Below are positions 1 through 8,050 of a DNA stretch of 11,275 nt, one piece after another. The notes beneath the pieces were generated by a model that was not told where the DNA came from, made no database searches, and saw nothing but the letters and a program-made list of their open reading frames with translations. The stretch comes from Myxococcota bacterium. GTDB taxonomy: Bacteria > Myxococcota > JACRCW01. A program made the translations under genes and the position numbers. The DNA lies in NCBI GenBank assembly GCA_040752415.1, contig JBFMGU010000319.1:1-11275 (forward strand), in the 5' to 3' direction. The first letter of the stretch is position 1. Each line of letters starts with the position of its first letter.

Positions 1-223
1 TGCCTTGTGGTTGCCGCGGACGCTGGCCCTGCTGCTCGTGACGCCGTTCCTGGCCCGGCCGGGGCGGGGCGTTGTCACCGTGCTGCTTCTGCTGCTGGGC
101 CTGTTGGCCAGGGGGACCACCACCGCCGCCCCGCCGTCGACGACGACGGGAACGACCGGGTTGACCTGGTTGCCCGCCTTCAGCGGGTCGGGACGGAGGG
201 GGAGTCTGGGTTTCCTGGGTCAT
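1..223 (-). CDS. 5' end of a gene running off the window edge; disordered Arg/Gly/Gln/Pro-rich N-terminus
   Basis: ATG at 223-221, open to position 1: MTQETQTPPPSRPAEGGQPGQPGRSRRRRRRGGGGGPPGQQAQQQKQHGDNAPPRPGQERRHEQQGQRPRQPQG. Not in the ORF track because it has no stop in the window. Such RRRRRGG segments are typical extensions of RNA-binding enzymes (DEAD-box helicases, RNase E/G, Rho), but the product cannot be identified. Confidence 0.6.
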   Translation of the reverse strand, partial: MTQETQTPPPSRPAEGGQPGQPGRSRRRRRRGGGGGPPGQQAQQQKQHGDNAPPRPGQERRHEQQGQRPRQPQG

Positions 224-677
224 GGCGTATCACCGCGCTGCACCATCCCCTTCCACCGCGCCCTTGGCAACCGCGGTCGACGCCCGAGACGCCGTGACGG
301 GGAGCATGACCAACAGCGGCCAGCCGGGAAGCCCGTGCCCCGGGAAGCCGACACCACGCCACGCCGGATGGCCATGCGCCAACCACTGATGCGCGCTCGA
401 GCCGTGTCCGATCATCAGCGCACGCCTAACCCCCATGGCGTCCCCGGCCGCGGCGCGCCGACGACAACGCAGCGGAGACTTCGCGTGCTTCGCGCCAGGA
501 GTGAAATCGATTCGCGTGAAGACGAAGCGCGGATTTCCGGTACGCTGCGTGGTGAATGGAACGCCGGCCACCGGGCCGCGCACCAACAGACAATCACCCC
601 AAGGTGGCAACCTCCAACTGCACCTGACGGGTAGGTGAGCGAACCACAACTCGAGCAAACAAGGGGAGACACGACAC

Positions 678-1409
678 ATGAACAACAAGAAGAGCGTGAT
701 CTGGAGGCTGGTTGCGGGCGTGGCCTTCGTCGGGCTGCTGGGCGTGCCGGCGCGCGCGGGAAGCGGGTCGCCCTCGGGCGCGCACTATGGGCTCAACATC
801 ATTGGCGTGACGAATCCCAAGAACTCCAGCCTGACGTCGTCGGACCGGCGGACCATCTTCGTGGGGCTGGGGACCAAGACCAACGCGGTCTCCTCCTCCA
901 TCTACCTGACCCAGGGCGACTTCAAGGTCTGCGACGGCAACGGGTTCGACACCGCCTATGACTGCAGCGGCTCCTCCCTGGGCAAGCGCGGCGCGGTGTT
1001 CCAGCTGCCCTGCAACACGTACGTCAACGGCTCCGGCGTCGACGCGGTGGAGGGGTGCGAGAGCGGCAACTCCGCGGCCTACGAGGTCTATGCCCGCGCG
1101 CTGGGCAAGCAGGGCGGCAGCGCCAGCATCACCACCTGCGCCACCGAGACCTACGGCACCACCAGCACCACCGACGACGAGGTCTACTGCTCCATGGAGA
1201 ACACCGTGCTGGTGCGCTCCAACGGGAAGCAGTCGTTCAACAACGTCACCGACAGCCTGACGTCCATGGTGGTGTGTGAGGGCGACATCTCCAGCAAGAC
1301 CTCGGTGTGCACGCGCACCGCGCTGTTCTCCGGTGACCTGGTGGACTGGTACTGGCAGTACGACAACAAGGGACTGAAGCTGGCGCAGCTCCGCTTCTAC
1401 CTCCAGTGA
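678..1409 (+). CDS. Secreted Cys-rich protein of unknown function (243 aa)
   Basis: RBS AAGGGGAG at 661-668. Signal peptide MNNKKSVIWRLVAGVAFVGLLGVPARA with an AxA cleavage site. Very high GC3. Eight Cys. Motifs SGAHYGLNIIGV, YEVYARALGKQGG and WQYDNKGLKLAQLRFY resemble a conserved hypothetical family I recall but cannot name. Confidence 0.9.
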   Translation: MNNKKSVIWRLVAGVAFVGLLGVPARAGSGSPSGAHYGLNIIGVTNPKNSSLTSSDRRTIFVGLGTKTNAVSSSIYLTQGDFKVCDGNGFDTAYDCSGSSLGKRGAVFQLPCNTYVNGSGVDAVEGCESGNSAAYEVYARALGKQGGSASITTCATETYGTTSTTDDEVYCSMENTVLVRSNGKQSFNNVTDSLTSMVVCEGDISSKTSVCTRTALFSGDLVDWYWQYDNKGLKLAQLRFYLQ

Positions 1410-1410
1410 T

Positions 1411-1475
1411 CCGCCCGGTGACGCATCAACCTCCCGCGCGGGGATCGTCACGGCGGTCCCCCGCGGGCTGCGGGG
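1411..1475 (+). promoter_or_regulatory. Intergenic stem-loops between the two + strand genes
   Basis: CCGCC(CG)GTGACG 1411-1423 pairs with CGTCACGGCGG 1446-1456. A second hairpin CCCCGC...GCGGGG (~1459-1475) lies just before the ATG at 1482. No U-tract. Confidence 0.35.
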
Positions 1476-1481
1476 TCCTTC

Positions 1482-2492
1482 ATGCAGCAACGTCCGGTGC
1501 TCCTGGCGGTGGCGGCGGCCGCAACGCTGGTGACGTCGTACTTCTGGGGTGACGCGCAGCCCCGGCCGCGGCCCACGCATGCGTTGGTCCATGACTTCGG
1601 TGAGGTGCAGCAGGGCGAGGTCGTGAGCCACACGTTCACCGTGCACAATCCGCTCGAGAAGGCGGTGAGCATCGAACGCGTGGACTGCAGCGTCCCGGGG
1701 CTGAGCGCGCGCTTCAAGTCCACGCTGGCGCCCGGACACGACGGGGCCATCCACGTCAGCTGGGACACCGGGGCCATGGATGGCGAGATGCAAGGGCAGG
1801 CCACCGTGCGCTTCCACGACGACCAGCTGCCGGCGGTGGTGCTGACCCTCACGGGACACGTGAGCACGTTGCTGGAGGTGGTGCCGGGGCGGGCGGCGTA
1901 CTTCAGCGTCTACCAGGGAGAGACCGCGCAGCGTCGCATCCGTCTCGTGAGCCACGACGCCGCGCTGCTGCGTATCGAGAAGCTGGAGGCGCACGGCACG
2001 CACTTCACGGCATCCGTGGCGGACCTGCCGCCCGGACCGGAGGCGGCGGTGGACGTGGTGGTCCCGTCGGGCCTGGCGCCGGGGCGTTTCGTGGAGTCGC
2101 TGGTGGTGCGCACCAACCATCCCGTCGTGACGGAGGTGCGGCTGGCGGTGAATGTGCTCGTCAAGGCCCACGTGCATGTCAGCCCGGAAGTGGTGGACTT
2201 TGGCCAGGTGAGCCTCTCACAGCTCTCCCGAATGCCCACGCTGACCGAGCTGGCCACCCAGACGGTGATCATCCGCAAACGCCAGGGCCCCCTGACCATC
2301 CACGCCATCTCCACGGACCTGCCGCTCTCCGTCGACGTGTTTCCCTCCGACGACGGCTCGGCGTTCCGCCTGGACTTCCGCCTGAACCCCACGGAGCTCA
2401 ACCCAGGTCCGCTCCAGGGTGTCGTCGAGATCGAGACCGACGACGCCGAGCATCCCCAGCTGCGCGTTCCCGTGCGCGGGCGCGTGGACTGA
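1482..2492 (+). CDS. DUF1573-like exported protein with about three tandem Ig-like domains (336 aa)
   Basis: Hydrophobic N-terminus, then HDFGEVQQGEVVSHTFTVHN...IERVDCS...LAPG..GAIHVSWDT (DUF1573/Ig-like pattern). A second VDFGQV and repeated terminal strands (VRFHDD, VRTNHP, IETDD..HPQLRVPVRGRV) indicate tandem beta-sandwiches. Confidence 0.8.
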   Translation: MQQRPVLLAVAAAATLVTSYFWGDAQPRPRPTHALVHDFGEVQQGEVVSHTFTVHNPLEKAVSIERVDCSVPGLSARFKSTLAPGHDGAIHVSWDTGAMDGEMQGQATVRFHDDQLPAVVLTLTGHVSTLLEVVPGRAAYFSVYQGETAQRRIRLVSHDAALLRIEKLEAHGTHFTASVADLPPGPEAAVDVVVPSGLAPGRFVESLVVRTNHPVVTEVRLAVNVLVKAHVHVSPEVVDFGQVSLSQLSRMPTLTELATQTVIIRKRQGPLTIHAISTDLPLSVDVFPSDDGSAFRLDFRLNPTELNPGPLQGVVEIETDDAEHPQLRVPVRGRVD

Positions 2493-2583
2493 TGTCCGTC
2501 GAGGATTCCCAAACGGGGACTTCCGCGGACTGCGGAACGCGCGCGAATTCCTGGCACCACGGTGACGACGACGTTGTCCCGAA

Positions 2584-3111
2584 TCAGCCGCCCATGCGCG
2601 CGCGGTAACGCGCAATCACCGCCCGAGCGACGGGCCCCACGTCCGCGCCGACGTGCGGCACCAGGAACGCCACGGCGTCCGCCTCGGAGTCGGTGACCTT
2701 CAGCGGGAAGGGCGCCTTCTGCAGGATGTGGATGCCGGCAATCAGGCTGCGCACCAGCGAGAGGAAGAAACCCTGGCCCGCAATGAGGTGCACCGAGGCG
2801 CGCGCGTGCGGGTCGGTGAGGCGCGCGGACTCGTCGATGGCCTTGCGCACCTCCGACGAGATGTTGAGCTGCGAGAAGCCCATCTTGGCGATGTAGGAAA
2901 ACGCCACGACGTTCTTGGGATGCTGCGTCCACATGGGGCGCTGGATGCGGATGACGGTCTCCAGTTGCGCCACCGTGGGCGCGGAACACCACATGCTGAA
3001 GAACACGTTGCGCCAGGTGGCCACCATGAAGGTGGGGTCCTCCACCGCCAGCGTGACGTCGTGCGGAAGCGCGGGAAGCTCCCCCGGCCTTTCGGCCTGC
3101 CTGCTCACCAT
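2584..3111 (-). CDS. Hypothetical protein, STAS/SpoIIAA-like alpha/beta fold (start codon uncertain)
   Basis: Coding-like GC3. Pattern ASVHLIAGQGFFLSLVRSLIAGIHILQKAPFPLKVTDSEADAVAFL resembles STAS/SEC14-like proteins that are expanded in myxobacteria. Confidence 0.7.
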   Translation of the reverse strand: MVSRQAERPGELPALPHDVTLAVEDPTFMVATWRNVFFSMWCSAPTVAQLETVIRIQRPMWTQHPKNVVAFSYIAKMGFSQLNISSEVRKAIDESARLTDPHARASVHLIAGQGFFLSLVRSLIAGIHILQKAPFPLKVTDSEADAVAFLVPHVGADVGPVARAVIARYRARMGG

Positions 3112-3222
3112 GCCGTGCTCCAGGGGGACCGACGCACCTCGAGGTCGCCGACGTCCAAGTGTGGCGGCTCTCTACGACGGCCACCCACATCCCAACGAAC
3201 GGTTACGAGGGATCTCCCGAGG

Positions 3223-3504
3223 TCAGCAGGTCTTCCCGTCGTCGTCCACGTAGCAGGCGTCGGACTGGAAGCGTTGCCACCGTTCCATGAGCCTCGCCGT
3301 TTCTTCGAGGAACGCGCGCAGCGGCTCGGCGCCAAACACCACACGCTCGCCGTCGCGGATGGCCGGAAGCGTGACCTCGCCCAGCGCCTGGAGCTGCGCC
3401 GGCGCCTGCACCACGACGACACGGTGCGCCACGCTGAGCTCGCGCAGCGCGTCCTCGACGTGGTCGGCGGCGGGAGAGTCTGGTTCGCGGAGGAGCTCGA
3501 TCAT
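3223..3504 (-). CDS. Small glutaredoxin/thioredoxin-fold-like protein (93 aa)
   Basis: C-terminal part of ORF 3223..4101, starting at ATG 3504: MIELLREPDSPAADHVEDALRELSVAHRVV...TLPAIRDGERVVFG...WQRFQSDACYVDDDGKTC. It has a Grx-like layout with the cis-Pro motif TLP..DG. The longer start overlaps the lipoprotein gene antisense. Confidence 0.75.
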   Translation of the reverse strand: MIELLREPDSPAADHVEDALRELSVAHRVVVVQAPAQLQALGEVTLPAIRDGERVVFGAEPLRAFLEETARLMERWQRFQSDACYVDDDGKTC

Positions 3505-3610
3505 GGTCGTGACGCGCCGGTGCCTTGTGCTTGCGACGATTGTGCGGGGCCTTCCGTTCTCCGGCAACCGTCTGATGTAGAGGCCTGATTTTCCTGGTGA
3601 AAACCGGCCC

Positions 3611-6049
3611 ATGAAGCGTGCCTGCGTCCTGCTCGTCCTCGCGTTCCCGTTGATGGCGTGTCCGCCCGAGCGCCTGTTCCCGGACCGGGTGGGCATGGGC
3701 GTGGCCCGGCTGAGCGTGCGCAACGCGGGCAACGTCGTGGCCATCCTGCAGGCCGACACCACCTGCGGCTTTGCCAGTCCCGCGGTGCTCGCCGGCGTGC
3801 GCACCAGCGGTGAGCTGGGGGGCGAGGGCACCGCCACCTGGACCGTGCAGAACTGTCGGCTGGACCTCGGTGAGCCGCACGTGGTGAAGACGGACTGCAA
3901 CGGCGTGGAGACGCACGCGGGTGGCGCCGTCACTGTCTCCGCCACGAAGACGCTGACCGGACTGTTGACGGGAAACCCGGAGAACCCGGTGATTCCCACG
4001 TCGGCGGAGGCGGCGCGCTTCGACGTGCAGGCCACGTTCGAGGGGTTCGTGGTGCGCTCCTCGGACAGCAACGCGGCGATGAAGATCCAGGGCGGCAGCA
4101 TGACCTACGTGGTGCAGCCGCACCTGGCGGTGAGCGTGGACAAGCAGGTCTGCTCCATCCCCACCGCCGACACCTCCGTGCGCGACCTGCGCTGGCAGGA
4201 CGGCAGCGTGGTGGTGGAGAGCGACGGGCGCGTGTTCGACGTGACGGTGGAGGGCTCGGAGCTGCAGGCGCAGGTGGGGCGCTGGCAGGAGGAGGAGAAC
4301 GCGCTGCGCGGCAGCATCAGCGTCTGGGGCACCTCCGTGAAGGTCCCCACTCCCGACGACAAGGACGGGCTGGACCCGGAGTACAACGCGGAGAAGGTGC
4401 AGGCGTCCGTGGCGTGCACCGAGAACCTGCAGCAGCCCATCAGCTATGCGTGCCCATCGCTGGACCCGCGGCTGGCGGAGGGTGCGGCGCGTCTCTCGGT
4501 GAGCCTGTTTGGCGCGCTGGTTTCCGCCGTCAACAAGGATGATCGCTGTGGCTTCGCGGCCAGCGACGTCGTGGCGGGTGCGGAGCTGAGCGGTGAGGTC
4601 GGTCAGGCCGGGGGAAGTGCCACCTTCCGCATCAACACGCCGTGCACGCTGGAGCACGCGGAAGACTACGAGGTATCGCGCGACTGCGCGGGCGTGAGCA
4701 CGACGGTGAAGGGCAAGGCGGTGGTCACCGGCACGCGCACCATGCAGGGCATCCTGACCGGACAGGCCGGGACGCCCGTGGTCCCCACGTCACGCGACGC
4801 CGTGGCCATCACGCTGGAAGCCGAGCTCACCGACTTCACCGCGGCCACGTCCAACAGCACCCGCTCGCTCACCGCGCTGAGCGGCCGCATCCGGGGCACG
4901 CTCAAGCCGCGCCTCGCGCTGGATGCCTCCACTGGCGCCTGCTCCCTGGCCACGCCGGTGGTGGAGTTCCAGGACCTCACGTGGACCGACGCGCGCCTGC
5001 TGGTCACCGCCGACGGGAACAGCCTGCAGGTGCCGGTGGCGACGTCGAATCTGGATGCGCAGAACGGTGCGCGCGAGGGAAAGACCAACCACCTCTCCGG
5101 GACCATGAAGGTGCGCGGCGCGGACATCACCGTGCCCCTGACCGGCAACACGCTCAACCCCGATTACCACGCGGAAACCTTCGACGCGTCCTACGCGTGC
5201 ACGCCCAACCTCCTCATCCCCGCCGACGACGTGGCGTGCTCATTCAACCGCGTGCTGGCGGAGAATTCCGCGCGCCTCACCATCCGCAGCATTGGCGCCA
5301 TCACCACGCTCATCAACACCGACTCCGACTGCGGCTTCGAGAACACCTGGACCAAGCTCAACCCCGACGACGTGCAGGGGGAGGACGGCGAGCAGGGCTC
5401 CATGAGCTGGTCGGTGGAGGGCTGTGAGTTCGCGTTCTCTCCCGCGGAGCTGTTCCAGACGGACTGCTCCGGCGGTGAGCTGTGGACGGACGGCTACGTC
5501 AACGTCGACGCGGAGCGGACTGTGCAGGGCCTCCGGGAGAAGCTGCTCCTGGTGGTGAACTCCATCAAGCCCAACCGGCGTGATTCCGTGCAGGTGCGCC
5601 TCACCAACGTGGAGCTGGACAACTTCAGCACGTTCTACAAGGAGCCCGGCACCGGCGAGGTGAAGGGTCAGCTCATCTTCCACTCCGGCACGCTCAGCGC
5701 GGTGGTGCAGCCCTATCTGGGTGAGCGCGCCGACGAGCCCGGGGTCTATGACATCTCCCTGCCGGTGAGCGCGTCCACCTCGCACGTGCAGGCCACGCTC
5801 ACCAACGTGGATGCCACGCTGCTCACGCAGGGCAAGACGTTCCACCTGCAGATTGCGGAGGCGCAGCTGGATTCCCACAGCGGCAACTACAACGGCTACC
5901 GCAACGTCATCAGCGGCACGGTGCGTGTGAATGGTGAGCTGGTGACCTTTGAGCAGATTCCGCTGGACCCCACCTTCGACGAGGCGGCGTTCATTGCCCG
6001 CTACGCGTGCGTGGAGAACCTCAAGGAACCCATTCCGCCCCAGGAGTGA
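3611..6049 (+). CDS. Large predicted lipoprotein with three ~261-aa Cys-containing repeats (812 aa)
   Basis: Lipobox-type signal MKRACVLLVLAFPLMA-C17. Strong GC3. Internal triplication of ARL(S/T)...D..CGF...DC.G...L(D/N)P.(Y/F)......(Y/V)AC..NL. Confidence 0.9.
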   Translation: MKRACVLLVLAFPLMACPPERLFPDRVGMGVARLSVRNAGNVVAILQADTTCGFASPAVLAGVRTSGELGGEGTATWTVQNCRLDLGEPHVVKTDCNGVETHAGGAVTVSATKTLTGLLTGNPENPVIPTSAEAARFDVQATFEGFVVRSSDSNAAMKIQGGSMTYVVQPHLAVSVDKQVCSIPTADTSVRDLRWQDGSVVVESDGRVFDVTVEGSELQAQVGRWQEEENALRGSISVWGTSVKVPTPDDKDGLDPEYNAEKVQASVACTENLQQPISYACPSLDPRLAEGAARLSVSLFGALVSAVNKDDRCGFAASDVVAGAELSGEVGQAGGSATFRINTPCTLEHAEDYEVSRDCAGVSTTVKGKAVVTGTRTMQGILTGQAGTPVVPTSRDAVAITLEAELTDFTAATSNSTRSLTALSGRIRGTLKPRLALDASTGACSLATPVVEFQDLTWTDARLLVTADGNSLQVPVATSNLDAQNGAREGKTNHLSGTMKVRGADITVPLTGNTLNPDYHAETFDASYACTPNLLIPADDVACSFNRVLAENSARLTIRSIGAITTLINTDSDCGFENTWTKLNPDDVQGEDGEQGSMSWSVEGCEFAFSPAELFQTDCSGGELWTDGYVNVDAERTVQGLREKLLLVVNSIKPNRRDSVQVRLTNVELDNFSTFYKEPGTGEVKGQLIFHSGTLSAVVQPYLGERADEPGVYDISLPVSASTSHVQATLTNVDATLLTQGKTFHLQIAEAQLDSHSGNYNGYRNVISGTVRVNGELVTFEQIPLDPTFDEAAFIARYACVENLKEPIPPQE

Positions 6050-6311
6050 GCGCGGCCGGCTCCATTGGCAGGCCCTTCCGTGCATGCGTCCCCGAAGGCT
6101 CTCCAGACAACCCGAAGTGCGGACGAAAGTGCGCTATGCGCCATGCGTCGGCTCATGATCGGGCCACCATCCGTGCCCGCGTTGCTGCTGCCGGGGACAA
6201 CCCGAGTCGAGGTGCCGCAGCGTCGACAGTGTCGTTTGCGGCCGTTGACACGGAAACCGCCTCTCGGCTCTGCTGGTGCTGACGCGGTTTGACCGTCAGG
6301 ACGGAGGCACC

Positions 6312-6758
6312 ATGGCGTGGGTCAAGATTCCCAAGGAGCACCATCCCATCTTCCTCGAAGCATTGCCGGAGGCCCCCGACGTCGAGACGATCACGATGTT
6401 CGGCGGGGTTGGCGCCATGGTGAACGGAAACATGGCGGGCGGGTTGTTTGGTCGGTCCGTGATGGTGCGACTGCCGGAGGTGGACCAGCAGCGGGTTCTC
6501 GCCATGGAAGGTGGCGCGCCGTTTGATCCCATGGGGAACGGGCGCACCATGAAGGACACCGTCATGCTGCCCGAGGACGTGATGGAGGACGGGTCGCTCC
6601 GCGGCTGGCTTGAGCGGGCCATTGCCTACACGCGCACGTTGCCCCCGAAGGCCAAGAAAGGCGGGTCCGCGAAGAAGGCGGCGCCGAAGAAGGCGGTCGT
6701 CAAGAAGGCCGTCGTCAAGAAGGCAGCGACGAAGCAGGGCGCCAGGAAGAAGCGGTAA
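6312..6758 (+). CDS. TfoX/Sxy N-terminal-domain family protein with a Lys/Ala-rich tail (148 aa)
   Basis: RBS GGAGG at 6303-6307, ATG 6312. MFGGVGAMVNGNMAGGL...VMVRL...PFDPMG..RTMK...L..WLERAIAY..TLPPK is the TfoX_N signature. Confidence 0.88.
   Translation: MAWVKIPKEHHPIFLEALPEAPDVETITMFGGVGAMVNGNMAGGLFGRSVMVRLPEVDQQRVLAMEGGAPFDPMGNGRTMKDTVMLPEDVMEDGSLRGWLERAIAYTRTLPPKAKKGGSAKKAAPKKAVVKKAVVKKAATKQGARKKR
6672..6755 (+). repeat. 15-nt coding tandem repeat (KKAAP KKAVV KKAVV KKAAT KQGAR KKR)
   Basis: AAGAAGGCGGCGCCG / AAGAAGGCGGTCGTC / AAGAAGGCCGTCGTC / AAGAAGGCAGCGACG / AAGCAGGGCGCCAGG. Confidence 0.85.
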
Positions 6759-6790
6759 GGGCAGGACCGTGCTGGCAAAGCCGCTCTAAT

Positions 6791-7762
6791 CTAATGCACG
6801 CGGATGGCCAGCTTCCCCACGTGGTGGCGCTCGACGTCACGCAGCGCCTGCGTCGTTTCGTCCAACCTGTAGACGCGGCTCAGCTCCACGTGGAAGGGGC
6901 CGTCCCCGATGGGCGCGTTCAAGCGCGTGAACGCCTCCCGTGAATTCACGCCGTCGTAGGCGCGGGCGGGCGCTCCCGCGTGACTGCGCGGCACGGGCTC
7001 GACGCCGTTGGGGTACGCAACGTGGCCTCCCCGCTTCACCTTCTGCAGGACGTCCTGCCAGCCGTCGGCGCGCCCGGCGAGAACCAGGGCGGCGTCCAGG
7101 CCTTCCGGCGCAAAAGCCTGCACGGCGGCCAGGACATCCTCCTTCCTTCCCTCGACGGTGGCATCCGCGCCAAGCTTCTCCACCAACTTCACGCCGTCGT
7201 CCCCGGAAGCGACAGCAAGGACGCGCGCCCCCATGCGCTTGGCGAGCTGCAGTGCGACATGTCCGACGCCGCCGCTGGCGCCGATGATGAGCAACGTCGA
7301 GCCCTCCCGGACGCGAATCCGCTCCAGGCCCTGAAGCGCGGTGATGCCGGATACCGCGAGCGCACCGGCCTCCTCGGCGTTGAGGGCATCCGGGATGGGC
7401 CACGCGCTGTCCTCGGACACGGCGGCGTACTCGGCGAAGAAGCCGCCCTTGGGGTTCCCAAAGCCCCAGCCGTACACGCGGTCCCCCACCTTGAGCTTCT
7501 TCACCCGCGACCCCACGTCGACCACGGTGCCCGCACCGTCCGAGCCCAGCACCTGTGGGAACCGCGGCGCCTTCCCCGCCATCCCGCCGCCGACGAGCCA
7601 CGGGTCCCACACGCCCACTCCCGCGGTGTCCACGCGGATGAGCACGTCGTGGGGCGACGGCTTGGGCACCGCGACCGTTGCCGGGTGCATCTCCTCCAGT
7701 CCGCCAAAGTGGTCAATCGCCATCGCCTTCATGGTCTCGGGGATGTGTTGTGTCGTCGTCAT
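6791..7762 (-). CDS. NADP(H)-dependent oxidoreductase, zinc-independent MDR / quinone-reductase-like (323 aa)
   Basis: MKAMAIDHFGG, DVLIRVDTAGVGVWD, FPQVLGSDGAGTVVDVG, LKVGDRVYG, GFFAEYAAV, Rossmann motif LIIGASGGVG, C-terminal HHVGKLAI. RBS GGAGG on the - strand at ~7773-7769. Confidence 0.95.
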   Translation of the reverse strand: MTTTQHIPETMKAMAIDHFGGLEEMHPATVAVPKPSPHDVLIRVDTAGVGVWDPWLVGGGMAGKAPRFPQVLGSDGAGTVVDVGSRVKKLKVGDRVYGWGFGNPKGGFFAEYAAVSEDSAWPIPDALNAEEAGALAVSGITALQGLERIRVREGSTLLIIGASGGVGHVALQLAKRMGARVLAVASGDDGVKLVEKLGADATVEGRKEDVLAAVQAFAPEGLDAALVLAGRADGWQDVLQKVKRGGHVAYPNGVEPVPRSHAGAPARAYDGVNSREAFTRLNAPIGDGPFHVELSRVYRLDETTQALRDVERHHVGKLAIRVH

Positions 7763-8050
7763 GAGTGTCCTCCGTGTTGGAGGCTAACGAAGCGGTGGGC
7801 GCTGTCAGCTGGTGAAAGGCTGCAGGCTCGACGTGGACGTCACGTGGGTCCAAGGCACAGCCGACGTCAGGCGCACAGGAGCTGACGGTCGCGCGTGGGT
7901 CGCGTCGCGTCGGTACGCCCAAGCTCGCAATCATGGCAGGGGATGGCCCCGGCAACGGCCGGCGAGGACACCCGCAGCCGGGGAGCAAGCGTGCAACATG
8001 CGGGCACCCGTCGGTGGACCGCCCACGGGGCGTGGGGTAGCAGCCTGGTC

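Noticed and set aside
5..688. ORFs 5..634 (+) and 230..688 (-)
   Set aside because: No codon bias or domain. The region reads better as the edge gene plus a divergent promoter region.
3223..3228. TGC-TGA read as Cys-Sec (selenoprotein) in the Grx-like gene
   Set aside because: No convincing SECIS hairpin, and readthrough gives only a short non-coding-looking extension. TGA is the usual stop in high-GC genomes.
6100..6140. c-di-GMP-I (GEMM) riboswitch upstream of the tfoX-like gene (GGACGAAAG resembles GGACGCAAAG)
   Set aside because: Lacks the GGCAAA start, the GNRA-capped P2 and a pairable P3.
7802..7888. Glycine riboswitch (TCAGG...AGGA resemblance)
   Set aside because: Lacks the GGAGA, CCGAAG and P3 elements, and no glycine-metabolism gene follows.
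7895..8050. Upstream start for the subtilase (926-aa version)
   Set aside because: The extra 52 residues would precede a clear signal peptide that begins at ATG 8051.
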